From Chrysomallon squamiferum (lineage: Eukaryota > Animalia > Mollusca), in the NCBI GenBank assembly GCA_012295275.1, contig CM022677.1:25854001-25918000 (forward strand): 64,000 nucleotides of DNA. The letters are read 5' to 3'. This document shows, piece by piece, positions 37,728 to 52,942 of the stretch (within the stretch, counting starts at the first letter, position 1; every line of letters starts with the position of its first letter). A program made the translations under genes and the position numbers. The notes beneath the pieces are model-generated. The model ran no database searches, was not told where the DNA came from, and saw only the letters and a list, made by a program, of their open reading frames with translations.

Positions 37728-37866
37728 CACCTTCGTCATCATCATCATTATAATCATCATCTGAGCTGAGTTTACTGATGTGATGATATTTGTAACTGAT
37801 AGCTGTGATGTGGTTGCGCAGTCTGTTCAGTACAGACGATGTTGCTGGCGTTTCGTCTGTAGCCAT
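37728..37866 (-). CDS. M13 peptidase first coding exon 1A: MATDETPATSSVLNRLRNHITAISYKYHHISKLSSDDDYNDDDDEG(D)
   Basis: AAAATGG start, strong G|GTGAGT donor in phase 1; gives a 2325-nt CDS (~774 aa), typical M13 length. Confidence 0.72.
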
Positions 37867-38032
37867 TTCTCAGTTAAGTCGGTTTTGTTTGTCCACACAT
37901 TTATAAACAATCCACGTTTAGTAAAACTTATTTCTTCTACGTTGTTGCATCAACAACAACAACAACAACAGCAGCAGCAGCAGTAGTAATTGCAGTGGTA
38001 ATAGTAACAGTTGTAGTGATAACAGAAGTAGT

Positions 38033-38063
<31 letters not shown>

Positions 38064-40747
38064 TAGTAGTAATGGTAGTAGTAGTAGTGGTAGTAGTAGT
38101 AGTAGTGGTAGTAGTGGTAGTGGTAGTTGTAGTATTGGTAGTGGTAGTGGTAGTGGTAGTGGTAGTAGTGGTAGTGGTAGTGGTAGTGGTAGTGGTAGTG
38201 GTAGTAGCAGTAGTAGTGGTAGTTGTAGTAGTAGTAGTAGTAGTTGTAGTATCGGAAATTTTAACGATATAAAATAGGAATTGTTTTCTTGTCTATTTTC
38301 TACAATGTTACAAATGTTACGAACTTTAATTTAATCTTGTTATGTGTAAATATAAATGTGTATTACACAGCCGAGTGACAGTGTGTGTTGTGTATTGTCA
38401 TTTGTGTTCAGATAATCTGTTTTCAAAAATTAATTAATTATCTGTGGTTTTGAGACAGCTGAAATGTTTTAAAATGACATCGGTAAAGTTGTAAGTCAAT
38501 AAAGTTATTTTAACTAAAGAAAATATCCAACAAGTTAAAATCTATTTAAAAACATCACAGATTATAAACAGTATAACGTTATAACAGTATAAAGTATCGC
38601 ATTATGAAGTCATTCAAACATTATAAAGTTATAAAAAAAAATCAATATAACCTCATGGCTATAGCAAGTCATTGTAGAGTTATAATCTGTATTAAATGAT
38701 AAAGTTATAACAAGTCAATATAAGCGAATATATAGTTATAAAAAGTGGGTGTAACACTATAAAGTTATATTAAATTGTAACAGTTATGCCTGTATTAAAT
38801 GCAAAAAATCATAACGTTATAAAACGAAGATGTAAACTGAACACAATCAAGTTGCTTAACTCTGTCTACAACAATAACAATCACAAGTCACTAGTGAACT
38901 ATATATCTAGTTGTTTATCGTTAACTCTTTTACAACAAACAAGTCATCACTGAACTGAGTACACAGAATCTGGCATAGCTAGTTTTTCTACGACCAACAG
39001 AAACTAATAACGAATCCGTAATAATAATAATAAAGAGTTAGGTAGAAAAGAGAGTATCACTAAGTGTTGTGTAGTTACCCACTACAGTGTGTCATATGCA
39101 AAACTTTTTAAACTTCCAACCGAAATAACGAAATAGTCCACAGAAAATACTTAGTGTGTCAGAAAAGTTTTAAAATGTCCACACACAACAGAATATCCAG
39201 TCGAAACGTCTAGAAATCTTTGTTGTAATTTTCTGCTCGTTTCAGTGAAGAAATTACTAATGATAATTATAACCTTAAGAACAAATACGTTGTATTTTTT
39301 CCAGTAAAGAAGTAACTATGCTATGCTATCAGTGTAAATGTTTGTTTCCAGTAAGCTTAAAGTGAAAATTCTAATTTTTTTTTTTTTTTTTTTTATATCG
39401 CGTTGACAGTCACGGTTCGATGATTAGATCAAATAACAAGAAGTTTAGATGCGCTTGGCTGAACGTTTACAATTTTACACAATTTTCACAGGTTATTGGG
39501 TTTCCCTGTGTGCGTCTATATGTGTGCATGTGGGTATTTTTTTTTTTTTTATTTTTATAGGTGAATGTATATGTACACAATATGTGTGCATTTTAGAGTA
39601 TAAATGTTTGTGTAGGCGTATACATCAAACCAACTAACAGAACAACACAGTGTACGTTACAGACATAATAAGTCTACACTTGTTAAATTAATTCACATTT
39701 CACGTCGCGAACCTCGTTTTGCTGTTCGACCTTTCACCTCTGTTCGCCATTAAAACGGAGCAGACGTAGACTGTATGTACAACTCGTGTTCATGTCTCGT
39801 TTCGTTTCTAATCGCGGCGAGTTTATAAAACTCGTTTCGCACGTTGTTTAAAATAATTCAAATAAAACTGTGTTTTCCTGTCACTGTGTATTTAAAATAA
39901 GTCTTGCTAGTGACAAAAAATCCCAGATCGCACTGAAAATATAAAATATTTTTTTACTACTGACGTGTTTTTCTTGTTATGGGGTAGTTAATATAAATAA
40001 TTCCTTTTCTTTTTTTGTTTTATTTATTTATTTATATTTATTATTATTATTTTATTTTATTTTACATAATCATGCCCGTCATCGTAACAGTTTCACAACA
40101 GAATTTCTTGTTTCGCCTTTTTAAAAAAAATATTTGCCAGTATTTTATTTCAGTTCATTTCGTCTGCAATTCAAATCAGCAAGATTGATAACCAAGCAAT
40201 GTCACGTTTTGCGTCCATTTTGTTATATACATTTTATATCAAGTAATTTATTCTACGCAAACAATTTATATCAAGTCATTTTATTGTACAATTTTTTTTT
40301 ATGAAGTTATTTTATTGGATACAAACAGTCTTATATAAAGTAATTTAATTGTATGTATTTTTTTATATATCAAGTAATTTCATACTCCAGTGACGACAGC
40401 AGATAACTGTTGGATCTGAATGTAAAAAACTTATTTCACTTATTACGAGATTTAATTCAGGATCCCGGATTCTTCACATATACTTCAAAATATTCTTTAT
40501 TTAATTCAGGATCCCAGATTCTTCACTAATACTAATACTAATACTAATAATGATGATGATGATAATGACGATGATAATAATGATAATGATGATGATGATG
40601 ATATTATTATTATTGTTGGTAGTAGTAGTTGATGCTGTTGTTGTTCTTGTTGTATTTGTAGTAATATTGGTAGCTGCTTTATTAAAAGCAGTAGAAGTAG
40701 TAGTAGTAATTGTAGAACAACCACCTCCACCACTATAACCAGCAGCG

Positions 40748-40793
<46 letters not shown>

Positions 40794-40897
40794 AATTACT
40801 ACTACCATCCAACTACAGCTATTGGTTCTTCAACCTCCACAACTACTATTTAACCTCTTCCTACTACTACTACTATTACACTATAGTAGTAGTAGTA

Positions 40898-40944
<47 letters not shown>

Positions 40945-41822
40945 TGTACTGTTGACCCTCGTTTTAACTCAGTGACATTGAGGAGCACGTGACCGGAAAT
41001 TGGAAAATTCTTTGAAATCAAGAATGTAAAAAAAACATTAACCTAAAATTTACCGGACCATTAAACTTTAGTATACATAACAGCTACATAATACCACTAA
41101 TTTAATAATGTAAGAGCAATACACAGGCATAAAAACAGTGTACACTAAGATAAATGTACAGCAGAAATATGTAAATTAGGTTGAATGAAGTTTGTTTAGT
41201 TAGGATGTTTATGGGTATTTAATAACAACTACAACAACAACAACAGTAAGAATAACAACGATATTAATAATATAAACGAACGCAAGAGCCACAACAACAA
41301 CTACAGCAAGAATAACAACGATAATAATAATATAAACGAAAGCAACAGCAACAACAACAACTACAGCAAGAATAACAACGATAATTATAATATAAACAAT
41401 AGCAAACAGCAGCAACAACAACAACAACAACAATAATAACAAATAACCTGATAATGTCAACCCAATTTTTATATATTAAATTACTTTTCATATTCAACAC
41501 ATTCATGAATAAAAAATGTCTGAATATGCAAATTAGTTTTTTTTATATTTTTTATTTTATTTTTAAATACAAATATTTATATAACCAGGCACGTGCTTAC
41601 TATGAAACTAATGAAACCTAAGCCCCCCAGTCTTCATGGGGGAGAGATGTGTCACAAGCGACTTTAGTTCACACTGATTTAAAAATAGATTTTTTTTTAT
41701 CTAACTACAGTCACTGGAGAATTACTGCTCAGGAGTGAATGTGTTTAGAGAAAAGAGAGAAAAAAAATAATTTTAAAATTATTGATAGTCGTCTTTTTGT
41801 AATTTATTTCATCAAAATTCAA

Positions 41823-41857
<35 letters not shown>

Positions 41858-41893
41858 GACACACACACACACGCACACTTACACACACACAGA

Positions 41894-41950
<57 letters not shown>

Positions 41951-42929
41951 TCACACACACAGAGACATACACTCTGTAAACAGAACTTCAGCGTTAATCA
42001 GTCTGAGAGTTAAGAAATTTGTGAAAGTGGAAGAACCTCATTTAAGAAGAAAGCTCTTGTTACCCAGACCTGGTTCAGAACGTCCACCGTACAGTGGTAG
42101 ACCGGGCAATACGGGTGTAAGTGCCAGGCTGGTGGTTTGATAAAAAAAAGAAAAAAGAAAAAAAAAAAAATTAATTAATAATAATAAAAAAAAAAAAAAA
42201 AACAACAAAAATCAAAGAAGAAAAAAAAAAAAAAAAAAAAATCACTCAAAAAAAAATAATTAAAAACAAAAAAAAATAATAATAATAAACAAAAAAACAC
42301 CGACCCATCCCACAAAAAAAAAAAAAAAAATAAAAAAAAAATGAAAATGAAAATGAAAAACAACCCCAAAGAATAAGAAAAACAACAAAAAAAACAACAA
42401 CAACAGCTAAAAACAACAACAACAAATTAAGAAAAATAAAAGCCCGCTAACACGTGAATAACGTCGGGCCGGTGAGGTAGTTGCTGAATGACGTGTCCGG
42501 TTCTAAGATGCAGTCCACTACTGCCCCGGTGACACAGTTTGAAGGTCACAAAAAAGAAAGAAAAGAGATCAATTCCTATGTAAGTAAAACTGTTATCATC
42601 ACGTGTTATTATTTCACAAACCCGAGAGTTTTAAAATCATCCACTATTCAAATTTATTCACAAAACAATTCAACAGCTGAACGTGACAGAATTATATAAA
42701 TTACAAATATAATAATTTTTTTAAATATATTCAAAAATCTCAAATAGTAATTGTTATAATTTTTTTTTTCAATTTTTTATTATTACTGTTATTTTTTTAT
42801 TATTATCATTTTTATTATTATTAATTTTTTTATTATTCATCCTCATTTCAAACAGAAAACAGTTTTCATTCTTCTCGCAGTTTAAATGTAAATGTTAGAA
42901 ATTACAATAACTACAAGATAGTTAGTAAG

Positions 42930-42960
<31 letters not shown>

Positions 42961-42983
42961 CTAAACGCCTGTCTGTTTCTACC

Positions 42984-43205
42984 GAGGGCAGGACGAAGTC
43001 AGAGGAAATCGTTTAATTGAACTGCTGCGAGTAACAAGATCGATCCGCGTTGTTGGATCCACTGAACGTTTTCTCGTTCCAGCCACTGCTCTGCCACACC
43101 TAACATAGTCTATGTATTACGCTGCCAGTGGGGTGGTGTATGTATAAGACGACTGACTGCTATTCAGATATGAATTGATCATGAAGTTGTGGAGGGGGGT
43201 GTTAT
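42984..43205 (+). mobile_element. Degenerate tRNA-derived SINE
   Basis: Eroded A-box/B-box head (GGGCAGGACGAAGTCAGAGG...GATCGATCC) followed by TTTCTCGTTCCAGCCACTGC...GTGGGGTGGTGTATGTATAAGA, resembling from memory a widespread mollusc SINE body. Confidence 0.55.
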
Positions 43206-43287
43206 TTCAATAAATATGAATAACGCCGACATACAGACATAAACTCACTCACGAACATAAACTCACATCACATACAAAAACACGCAT

Positions 43288-43347
<60 letters not shown>

Positions 43348-43469
43348 CGTGAAAGGCTTTGAACCAGCATATGGTAACATTTTATTCGTATTCAAACTAA
43401 ATTTTACTCTTTTTTATTTATTTCTTCAGTGTTTCCCAAAAGTTATTAAGTATAATATGACTGAATTAA

Positions 43470-43700
43470 GTGAGATGATGAATTAAGATAGATGATGAAT
43501 TAAATGATATGATGAATTAAAAGAGATAAGATGAATTAAATGATATGATGAATTAAATGATATGATGAATTAAGAGAGAGAGATGATGAATTAAATGATA
43601 TGATGAATTAAGAGAGAGAGATGATGAATTAAAAGAGATAAGATGAATTAAATGATATGATGAATTAAGAGAGAGATATGATGAATTAAATAACATGATG
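43470..43700. repeat. 17-22-bp minisatellite (GATGAATTAAATGATAT)
   Basis: About 11 visible units. Confidence 0.85.
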
Positions 43701-44511
43701 GAGTATATATGAGGTAGGTACCTGAAATGGGGAAATTAGAATTTTTCTAAATTTTACTCAGTAACTGCCAAATATTCAATACACTGACAAAATATAAGTA
43801 GTAGTTATCAAACTAAAACAACTGCATTATTGTTAAAAAAAAAAAACACACTGATATACAGCAACATATTGCGTGTTTGTGTGTGCGTGTGTTTATAAAA
43901 CTTTCCAGTCTATATACCCAGCTATATACATACATTCAAAGTGTCTATGTATTAATATGTCACTCCACTTACCTATTTATCTATCTGTCTGTCTGTCTAT
44001 CTATATATTCGACCTAGCTATCTATGTATCTATCTACTGCATGTTTTACATGGAAATAACAAACGTTTAAACACGTATCACCAAGTCTGTTTCTTAAGTA
44101 AAAGATTTTTTTTTTTTTTATACATAAAAGTTTTTAAAAAGGATAATCGTTTTTGCATAATCTGAGACATGTATTTTACACGTGTAGTTTGATGTACGTG
44201 CATTACGTGGTTAAAAAAACAAACACAAACCTTTCTCCGAGTCAAACTGTGTGTATTCCTTGTCGCCTGACATCGTGTTCCCTCGATCAGGTTTGCCGGC
44301 GTGTTTGTCAAACTCACAATTATGTCTGACATTCGCTGAACAGTACCAGCTGCTGCGGTAAAAATGCTAAACTTCGTCAGCTCTGCGAATATTCAGCGAC
44401 AAACTTGCAAAAATGATTTATTTATTTATTTATTTATTCCGTATGTGAATTTACGTATGATTTACGTAGAGAAGCTTTTTTAATGTTTAGGTGGGGAGAG
44501 TGATATAGTAT

Positions 44512-44844
<333 letters not shown>

Positions 44845-45763
44845 TGAGAAATAGAGAGGGGTAAATGACTGAGAAAGAGACAGAAAGATATTTAGAGAGA
44901 AAATGAAAAGGAGACAGAGGTTACAATGTTGCTAAAGCTGAAAAAGAAATACAAACATCTGCGGTGAGAAATCTGTGTACAGCAGTAGAACTTTGTCTAA
45001 ACCTACCCACAGACAGTAAAACATCTTTGATTTCATTAAAGAGAAGAAAAAAAAAGTGTGACCGTGTTTTATAATGACAGGTTTTTACAGTAGAAACCTT
45101 TCATGTGTAGTAACACCTGTTACCCTTTGTAACATACAGACACACACACACACACACCAAATACACACACACAGACACAGACACATACACACAGATACAC
45201 ATACACACACAGACACATAAACACACACACAAACACACACACACAGACACATACACAGATACTCATACACACAGACACATACACACACATACAAACACAC
45301 ACACACACACACACACATACACACAGACACATACACACACATACAAACACACACACAGAGACACATACACAACACACACACACATTCAACAGACACACAC
45401 ACACACAACAGACACACACACACACACACACACACACCTATACAGACAGACACACTGACACGGATGTATAGGTTTTAATCAGTCTGAAAGGTTTTACAGA
45501 TTTTCATTGATTTGTCTGACACGATTTTATTTATTTATTATTATTATTATTTTTATTTTATTTTATTTTTATTATTTTTTTATAAGCAATAATCTGATGA
45601 AAAACAATATGCCATTTTTGTTTTACCGTTTCAAACCAATGAAATATATACAAATAAATAAATAAATAAATAAATAAATAAAAGTATCACAGAGATTTGC
45701 TTCCTATAAGTAATCTTTTATATGTGATATCACAATACTTTTGAAAAAAATAAAAAATAAAAC

Positions 45764-45840
<77 letters not shown>

Positions 45841-46140
45841 TATAAATAAATAAATAAATAAATAAATAAAAATAAAACCCTGAAACAAAACCGAAAAAAA
45901 ACATTAAAACAAAAACGAAACAAGTTTTTTCTCTTTGTGTGGTTAATGAAACTGGAAATCAAGCTAAAGAAACTTATATAAAAATAAAAAAAAAAAAAAA
46001 AAAAAAAAAAAGATAAAACAGGTTTGTGGTTGGCATGAGTCTGTTTGTCATTTACATAAAATTATCATAAATGTCAAACCGCTTCTCGCTGTATTTAACA
46101 AATTATTTTTAACATTGTTCTCGTAGTTGTTGTTGTTGTC

Positions 46141-46173
<33 letters not shown>

Positions 46174-47094
46174 GCGATCAACCTCATATATATATATTCT
46201 ATTGCTATTGTCACTGATAGGAATTACTGTTATTATTACTATCATTATTATCAGCTATTATTTCTGTTATTTTCACTGTTACTATTGTCATTGTTGTTGT
46301 TGTAGCTGTAGTTGTTGCTGCTGTTATTGTTATTACAATTATTGTTGTTACTGTCGTTGTTACTTCTGCTGCTGTTGTTGTTGTTGTTATATTTTCTTCA
46401 ACTGTTTCTGACAGTGGACTACCTGTGTCATTTAACAACAGTTAATCTTTATTAATAGAGTTATTTCCCGTAGATTATAATTTTTAATTACAGGTTCACA
46501 GCTATCAGTTATTGCGTGCTCTAAACATTTTACGTGTCTGATGATCTGTATTTCTGATAAACAGTGTATTAATGATTTATGTCACAGCTGTCGTACAGGT
46601 AATAACAATTTTACTGTGTGTATTTGGATTACTTATGTATCGTTGAGTTTGACCAGTGAGGCAGTTATTACAGAATCTTTTGTGAAAAAAAAAAAAAATG
46701 TTTTGTCCTTCGAACCAGTTCGTTTTTCCTTATTATTACAACATACGTATTGAAATATTGTAATAAAAAATTATTTATTTTCATTATTACGTAGCTGTTG
46801 TTGAAAGGATGGTGGGTTTTTTGTGTTTTTTTGTTGTTGTTTTTTTATATAATCACTGTCACTGAAACCAGGTTCTTAAAAATGGCTGCCTGGAACCATC
46901 ATGGTTTCACATGGTTGACCTCAGCCAATGTGGTTTTGGGTGGTTTAAAACCACCAGGAAACCACCAGAGGGAGTAATGAAATACTGTTAACAAAAAAAT
47001 CACAAATTCTGAGAAACCATTTTTATTGCATTTCCGAGTTTATACATGTTTGGTTTTAGTCAATTAAAAATATATAATAATAATTAACAACAAC

Positions 47095-47138
<44 letters not shown>

Positions 47139-47230
47139 TGATAATGATAATAATAATAATAATAATGATAATAATAATGATAATAATCATAATAATAACA
47201 ACAATAACAATAATGATAATAATAATAATG

Positions 47231-47292
<62 letters not shown>

Positions 47293-47917
47293 TATTACAG
47301 AGAAACATGGTGAACACAGATGTAAGATAAAAAACTCAGCTGTGTCTAAATATTAATTTAAATACTAATCTATGCTTTATGAAAATGGTTTGTGAACCCC
47401 GATTTAAATATTTATATGTTATTAGAGTTATCTCACCTTGACATGTGTCTGAGTGGGTTAGTTTATGGGTTAGTGTGTGTGTGTCTTGTATTTGTGTCTA
47501 AATGTGAGTATGTGTCTAAGTGTGTGTATCTGTATGCGTGTCTGTTTTGTGTTTGTGTGCGAGCGTAGCTGATTATGGTGTAAAACAACAATATTTGGAA
47601 ATGTTTGAATGTAGATCAGTTGTATTGATATGCATCAGTTTTAGAGGTGTGTTTATGTATGTGTGTGTGAGAGAGACAGAGAAAAACCAAATGTAATATA
47701 ATTGCACATATACACAAATACATAAACAAATTATGAGATATATGATGATTAACGATAAAGATAGAATGAATGAGAATATTTGAATATAAAAGTATACATA
47801 ATCTCTACATACATGTATGTGCGCGCGCGCGTGTATACACACTCTCACACATAAACACACACACACACACAGACAGCCAGACAGATAGATAACTGTGTTA
47901 GTTTACGTTTTACTTAC

Positions 47918-48014
47918 GTAAAAGCCGATGTTTCGCGGAAACAGACGAATCTTCCTCGGTGTCGGAATCGTAGAATTCCTCGCGTTTCTTCAACACGATG
48001 GTTTCAGAGTACAT
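47918..48014 (-). CDS. Candidate alternative first coding exon 1B of the M13 peptidase: MYSETIVLKKREEFYDSDTEEDSSVSAKHRLL(H)
   Basis: ACCATG start, GC-richer coding-like island, C|GTAAGT donor in phase 1 compatible with exon 2. Confidence 0.62.
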
Positions 48015-48472
48015 GGTTCTTTCACTCTGCAGCGACTCTCATCGTCTGACCAAACAACAGCTGATACTTAGTAATTGATATTTCTCATCACCTGATGTTA
48101 TTACTCTTTTCAAACTTGCAGTCTGAACGTGCTTTGTTTCTTTAATTCTGACTGTAAATAGAGTCAGTGACAAGCTGTTCATTATCATTTTAAATACAAC
48201 AGTAAAACAACAACAAGGTCAGTGATAATTATAATAGTTTATTTAATGAATATATTTTAACAATGATGATATATATATATATATATATATATATCTCTCT
48301 CTCTTACGAACATACTCTGAGACTTATGTATGTGCACACACGTACATACACATGAACACTACATATATACAAAAACATTCACATATTCGCAAACATATAC
48401 CCAGATATACAAGCACACACACACACACAATACTAACACATTGTCAAAACACACAGGCACACAGATACAGAA

Positions 48473-48507
<35 letters not shown>

Positions 48508-48814
48508 AGTCACACACAGACACACTGAAACACATCACTGCAAGGTGTGGACGTGTCCATCAACAAAACAAACACAACACATGTGAACAAATCAATACGA
48601 GAATTACACCTTACTAAACAGTTTTCAGTCACCTTTCTAACTCGATGTCAAGTAAAAATACAAACAGGTTATCTTTATTTAAAAACGTATTTCGGTTTGA
48701 TCAAAGAAATATTAATTATTAACTTAGTGCATATAATTTTTTGTGATAACATTTACTTATAAATAATAATAATTATTTAATTTTTCCACCAGCAATCTGA
48801 CTTTACGTAATTTA

Positions 48815-48860
<46 letters not shown>

Positions 48861-48973
48861 TAAAAATAAAATAATTATAATAATAATAAATAAATAAATA
48901 AATAAATAAAAAAATATAATAAAAACTTTTCAACGTTTTAAATTCTTGTGATCTTTTAGTTTTGACTTTTCCT

Positions 48974-49052
48974 GTTGTTATAGCAACCATTGTCTAGACA
49001 CAATAAGTCTAGTCAACGAAATCACGTGTTCATCAGTCCCAGTGTGACGTCA
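48974..49052. promoter_or_regulatory. Candidate promoter motifs ~1 kb upstream of exon 1B: X-box-like GTTGTTATAGCAAC, E-box CACGTG, CRE TGACGTCA
   Basis: Three canonical motifs within 80 bp (48974-48987, 49023-49028, ~49044-49052); function inferred only. Confidence 0.35.
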
Positions 49053-49488
49053 GCCTGTCGTCTGCTTCTGTTACAAGTCTGGTTTAAACGTCATTAATAC
49101 AACAAATACATTATTTACTTAGTACATAGTTTAACGAGAACGGAGACTGCAAAGGTTTATTTAAAATGTTTATTTAAATTATTTCACACTAAACAAATTA
49201 AACAGTAAAATATCTAAATAAATAAAAATATTTTAAAACCTCCTTATTAGTCATTTCTACCGTATAACCGTATAAAGGGACATAACTCGGATCTAAATTT
49301 TTTTTTTTTTTTCAATATTAAAGCCTTTTCATTCTTAATTACGATTAAAATTAATTACAATTAGATAATGCTTGGAATTATCCAATATATATTAGACGAT
49401 TTACTCGTATCACCGTATAAATATTTTAAATAAAAAGTTAATTTTAAATAATCTCTTAAGCCTGAAAAGACTTTAATATTGAAATAAT

Positions 49489-49533
<45 letters not shown>

Positions 49534-49879
49534 ATACCTCATAGTTAAATCATTTTATATTGAAACCAATTAAACAAAGATAGATGTATATTAGGTGATG
49601 AGAAGGTAACCTCAAGAAATGATAGTTTAAAACACAAAGTTGAAGTTTGTCTGTGTATACTCTCACTATCACAGTAATATTTGTGTGGTTTGAGAACAGA
49701 AGGATTAGGAAGGAAACAAAACCATGAAGATTGTTTACAAAGTTTTATTAACATTTATAAGAATTCCAATCAGTTCTCATCTGATCTCATATTATGTATC
49801 TAAATCTGGGATTTATGTTATTCAAAACATCTAGAAGAGCACATGCACATGAACACACACATTTTATATCTCTGTCTAT

Positions 49880-49969
<90 letters not shown>

Positions 49970-50492
49970 TTTTTATTACTCAAAATACACACATGTATAC
50001 AATAAGGATGACCTGCGTTACTCAAAGTAATACATAGAAAGCAGATATACACACACATTCAGTACTGCATAAAAATGTTAATGAATGTTAACACATGATA
50101 AGAACATGTTTTAACAAACTGATCTGTTCTGGAGCAGTTTAATTAAACACTGGTGTGTGTTGCCCTCTCTGACACTGTAATATTGGCATTAGGCATGTAT
50201 GACAAATGGGAAATTTATTGCATCCACTGTTTGATCAGACATTTGATTCACACTCAGTGGCCAAGTCCAGTCCAATGATTTGAGGTTTGCTGTAGACACA
50301 AACTTGCACATTTAAATATATCCGTTTTGTTTTGTTATTACTTTTATTTTATTTTTTCTATTTGAAAATGTCAGTGCAAATCATGACTGAATAAAAAAAT
50401 GTTTTAAATTATCATAAATTGAATTTTTAATTAATTTTACAAGATTCTGTTTGAAAAATAATGACAAACAAAAAATGAATTAAAAACAAAAT

Positions 50493-50538
<46 letters not shown>

Positions 50539-50730
50539 ATGAAAAAAAAAACACACAAAAGATATGAACTTACAAAAAATAGCTTTAGTTACCTAATATT
50601 TTATATATATATTTTTTAATTTTCTCAGAGAAGTATGTTTAAAATATCTACAATTTAAAAAAGAAAAATGTGTCAGCTGAAATTTAAAAGAAATCAGGAC
50701 AAAGATTAGTTAATATTCAGTATCCAGCTA

Positions 50731-50896
50731 CAGTGGTACCTCGAGTTACAAGAACTAGGGATGGTTTTTGGGGGGCTGGAACGGATTAATGGTATTTCAA
50801 TTAATTTCATTTGGGAAAATTGATTTGATATACGAGCAAATAGAGTTACAAGCTCAGTCACAGAATGAATTAAACTTGTAAATCAAGGTACCACTG
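50731..50896 (-). mobile_element. 166-bp Tigger/pogo-type MITE
   Basis: TIRs CAGTGGTACCTCGAGTTACAAG / CTTGTAAATCAAGGTACCACTG, TA on both flanks; interior is the reverse complement of 52943-53066. Confidence 0.88.
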
Positions 50897-51616
50897 TATT
50901 CTGATCATGTATATTTGGAACATTCATCAGTATACAACTAACATTAAAAACTATTACATGTGTCTGATTCAACTTCACTCTATAAACAGTCATAAATAGT
51001 TATTTAACTTACTGAAGAAAAAATTCAATCTTCATTTATTTATAATGAAAGAATTATTACATATATGTGATTGTATAAATAGTTACTTAACTTATTGAAT
51101 TAAAATTGAGTTTATTTATTTACAATAAAAAAGATGTATATTAAGCAGACAACAGGTTTAGTAGTGAGTTAGAGGATCAGTACATACTGATAACTACTAA
51201 GCTCAATTTTCCACTAATCATACTGACTGCATGCAACATTAAATATTTGACAACATACCACACATACACACAAACAAAATAGAAGTGGTAACATTATTGT
51301 GAATGAGGTCAAATTATTAGACAAAATTAACTGCAGATGCTCAAACAGAAATATTCAATATTCAGTGTCACAGTCATGTTGTAGAAAGTTCATTGTTCAT
51401 GACATTCAATAACCAAAAAGTGACAACAATAGTGTTTGTTATTATTTTTGATGAACCCAAACTGGATTTCTATTTCTTGTTTTTTCCTGATGAAATTATT
51501 TACAGATGCACATTTTCAAATTTTCAAATGGAATACCTCACAACCATCTTGTAGATATAGTTCATTCTTCACAAACAAGATTTCGTCATGTGACCAGGTT
51601 TATCTTGGTTTGTATT

Positions 51617-51939
51617 CTTTCTTTAAAACCATGTTTCATGTAGAGTAATAATTAGTTCATAAAATAAAGTGTTAATGGAATTTGTCATAATCCACATTTT
51701 CAGTGTGAAATTTCTTTATATTTTTTTTCATTTTACAATGAATTTTTAATTTAAAGTATTCTGAAATGCACACAGGAAACAAATGGATATAGCAAAATGT
51801 TATTGCACTGAAGAACAAACAGCTAGAGATGGTTTGTAGTTTTTCTTTTCAACCATATTCTTTAGAATGTAATATAACTGACCAACAGTTGTTTGGGAGC
51901 ATTGTTAACTGTGAAAAGAATCAGTAGATTCTGTAAAAA
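51617..51939 (-). repeat. Arm A of a ~320-bp inverted duplication (partner ~54150-54521)
   Basis: Long colinear reverse-complement matches, e.g. CTAGCTGTTTGTTCTTCAGTGCAA and AAATATAAAGAAATTTCACAC.GAAAATGTGGATTAT. Confidence 0.85.
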
Positions 51940-52942
51940 TCTTCCCACAATGCAGTTCATTCCAGACCAACTGATTTTTACTTCATTAGTAGATTAATTT
52001 GGTTATTACAATATTAAAACAGGTTGAAACATTCCAAGTAAAAGGTTTTCTAAATAAGTCTCGTTAACAATAAATAAATGGTCCAATAAATTTATATTCC
52101 AAGTTATTATTTTATGTGATCCATCATAACAAAATATGTCAGTAAAACTTTCAAAACAACATCAAGTTGCTTTTTCTCACAATTTTTAAGAAACCATAGG
52201 ACAAAGTGGTAAGTTCTGTCTGTGATTTCGAAACTCATCTCTAGCAAAAGATTAATTATTAATGAACTACAGAGATTTAAAGATTCAACATTTATTCTTA
52301 TCACCAAGGTTACAATTCCCTTCAGTGCTAACACTGTTCTGTCCATTAATCTCAAAATTGCTGAAATATAAAATAATTTTTAAATTTAAAAAAAATATAT
52401 ATCTTTATATATATATATATATATATTACATATACTGCTCTCAAGGATTATAAATTTACTGTATGCAAAGGGTAAATCATACTTTTACAAATTTGTTATT
52501 CTTTTTTATCTTTATGCATTGTTCGTGAATTTAAATTCATTTTTAAGTGGGGTTTTTTAACACCTTACCTACCTACTAAACATTGCCCAACACACTGGTT
52601 TCTCAGAAAGATGACAACAACTACAACACCAGAACTTACGTAACTAGACACCCTAGTGATACACATGTGAAATAAATAGTTAATAAATAAAAATAGTTAT
52701 CAGTTAAAAATCTATCAAGACTATTAAAATCTTTACAAAGCAATAAATGCCCTCATCTGTACAATTTCAGTCTGATTCACAACTGTCAGTCTTCACTACG
52801 TAGTTAAGATAAAATGTTTAAATTAAATTTAAAAAATTTAAAGTCTCAGATATAAATGTTAAACATGTAGAGATGATGTCAAGTCATTGTAAAGACACTG
52901 AATGAGGAGGTGGGGAGAGTGAGAGAGAAAGAAATATAAATA

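Noticed and set aside
41984-42116. Plus-strand exon-like segment (CAG ... GTAAGT) inside the M13 upstream intron
   Set aside because: No recognisable homology or partner exons; cannot be supported without transcripts.
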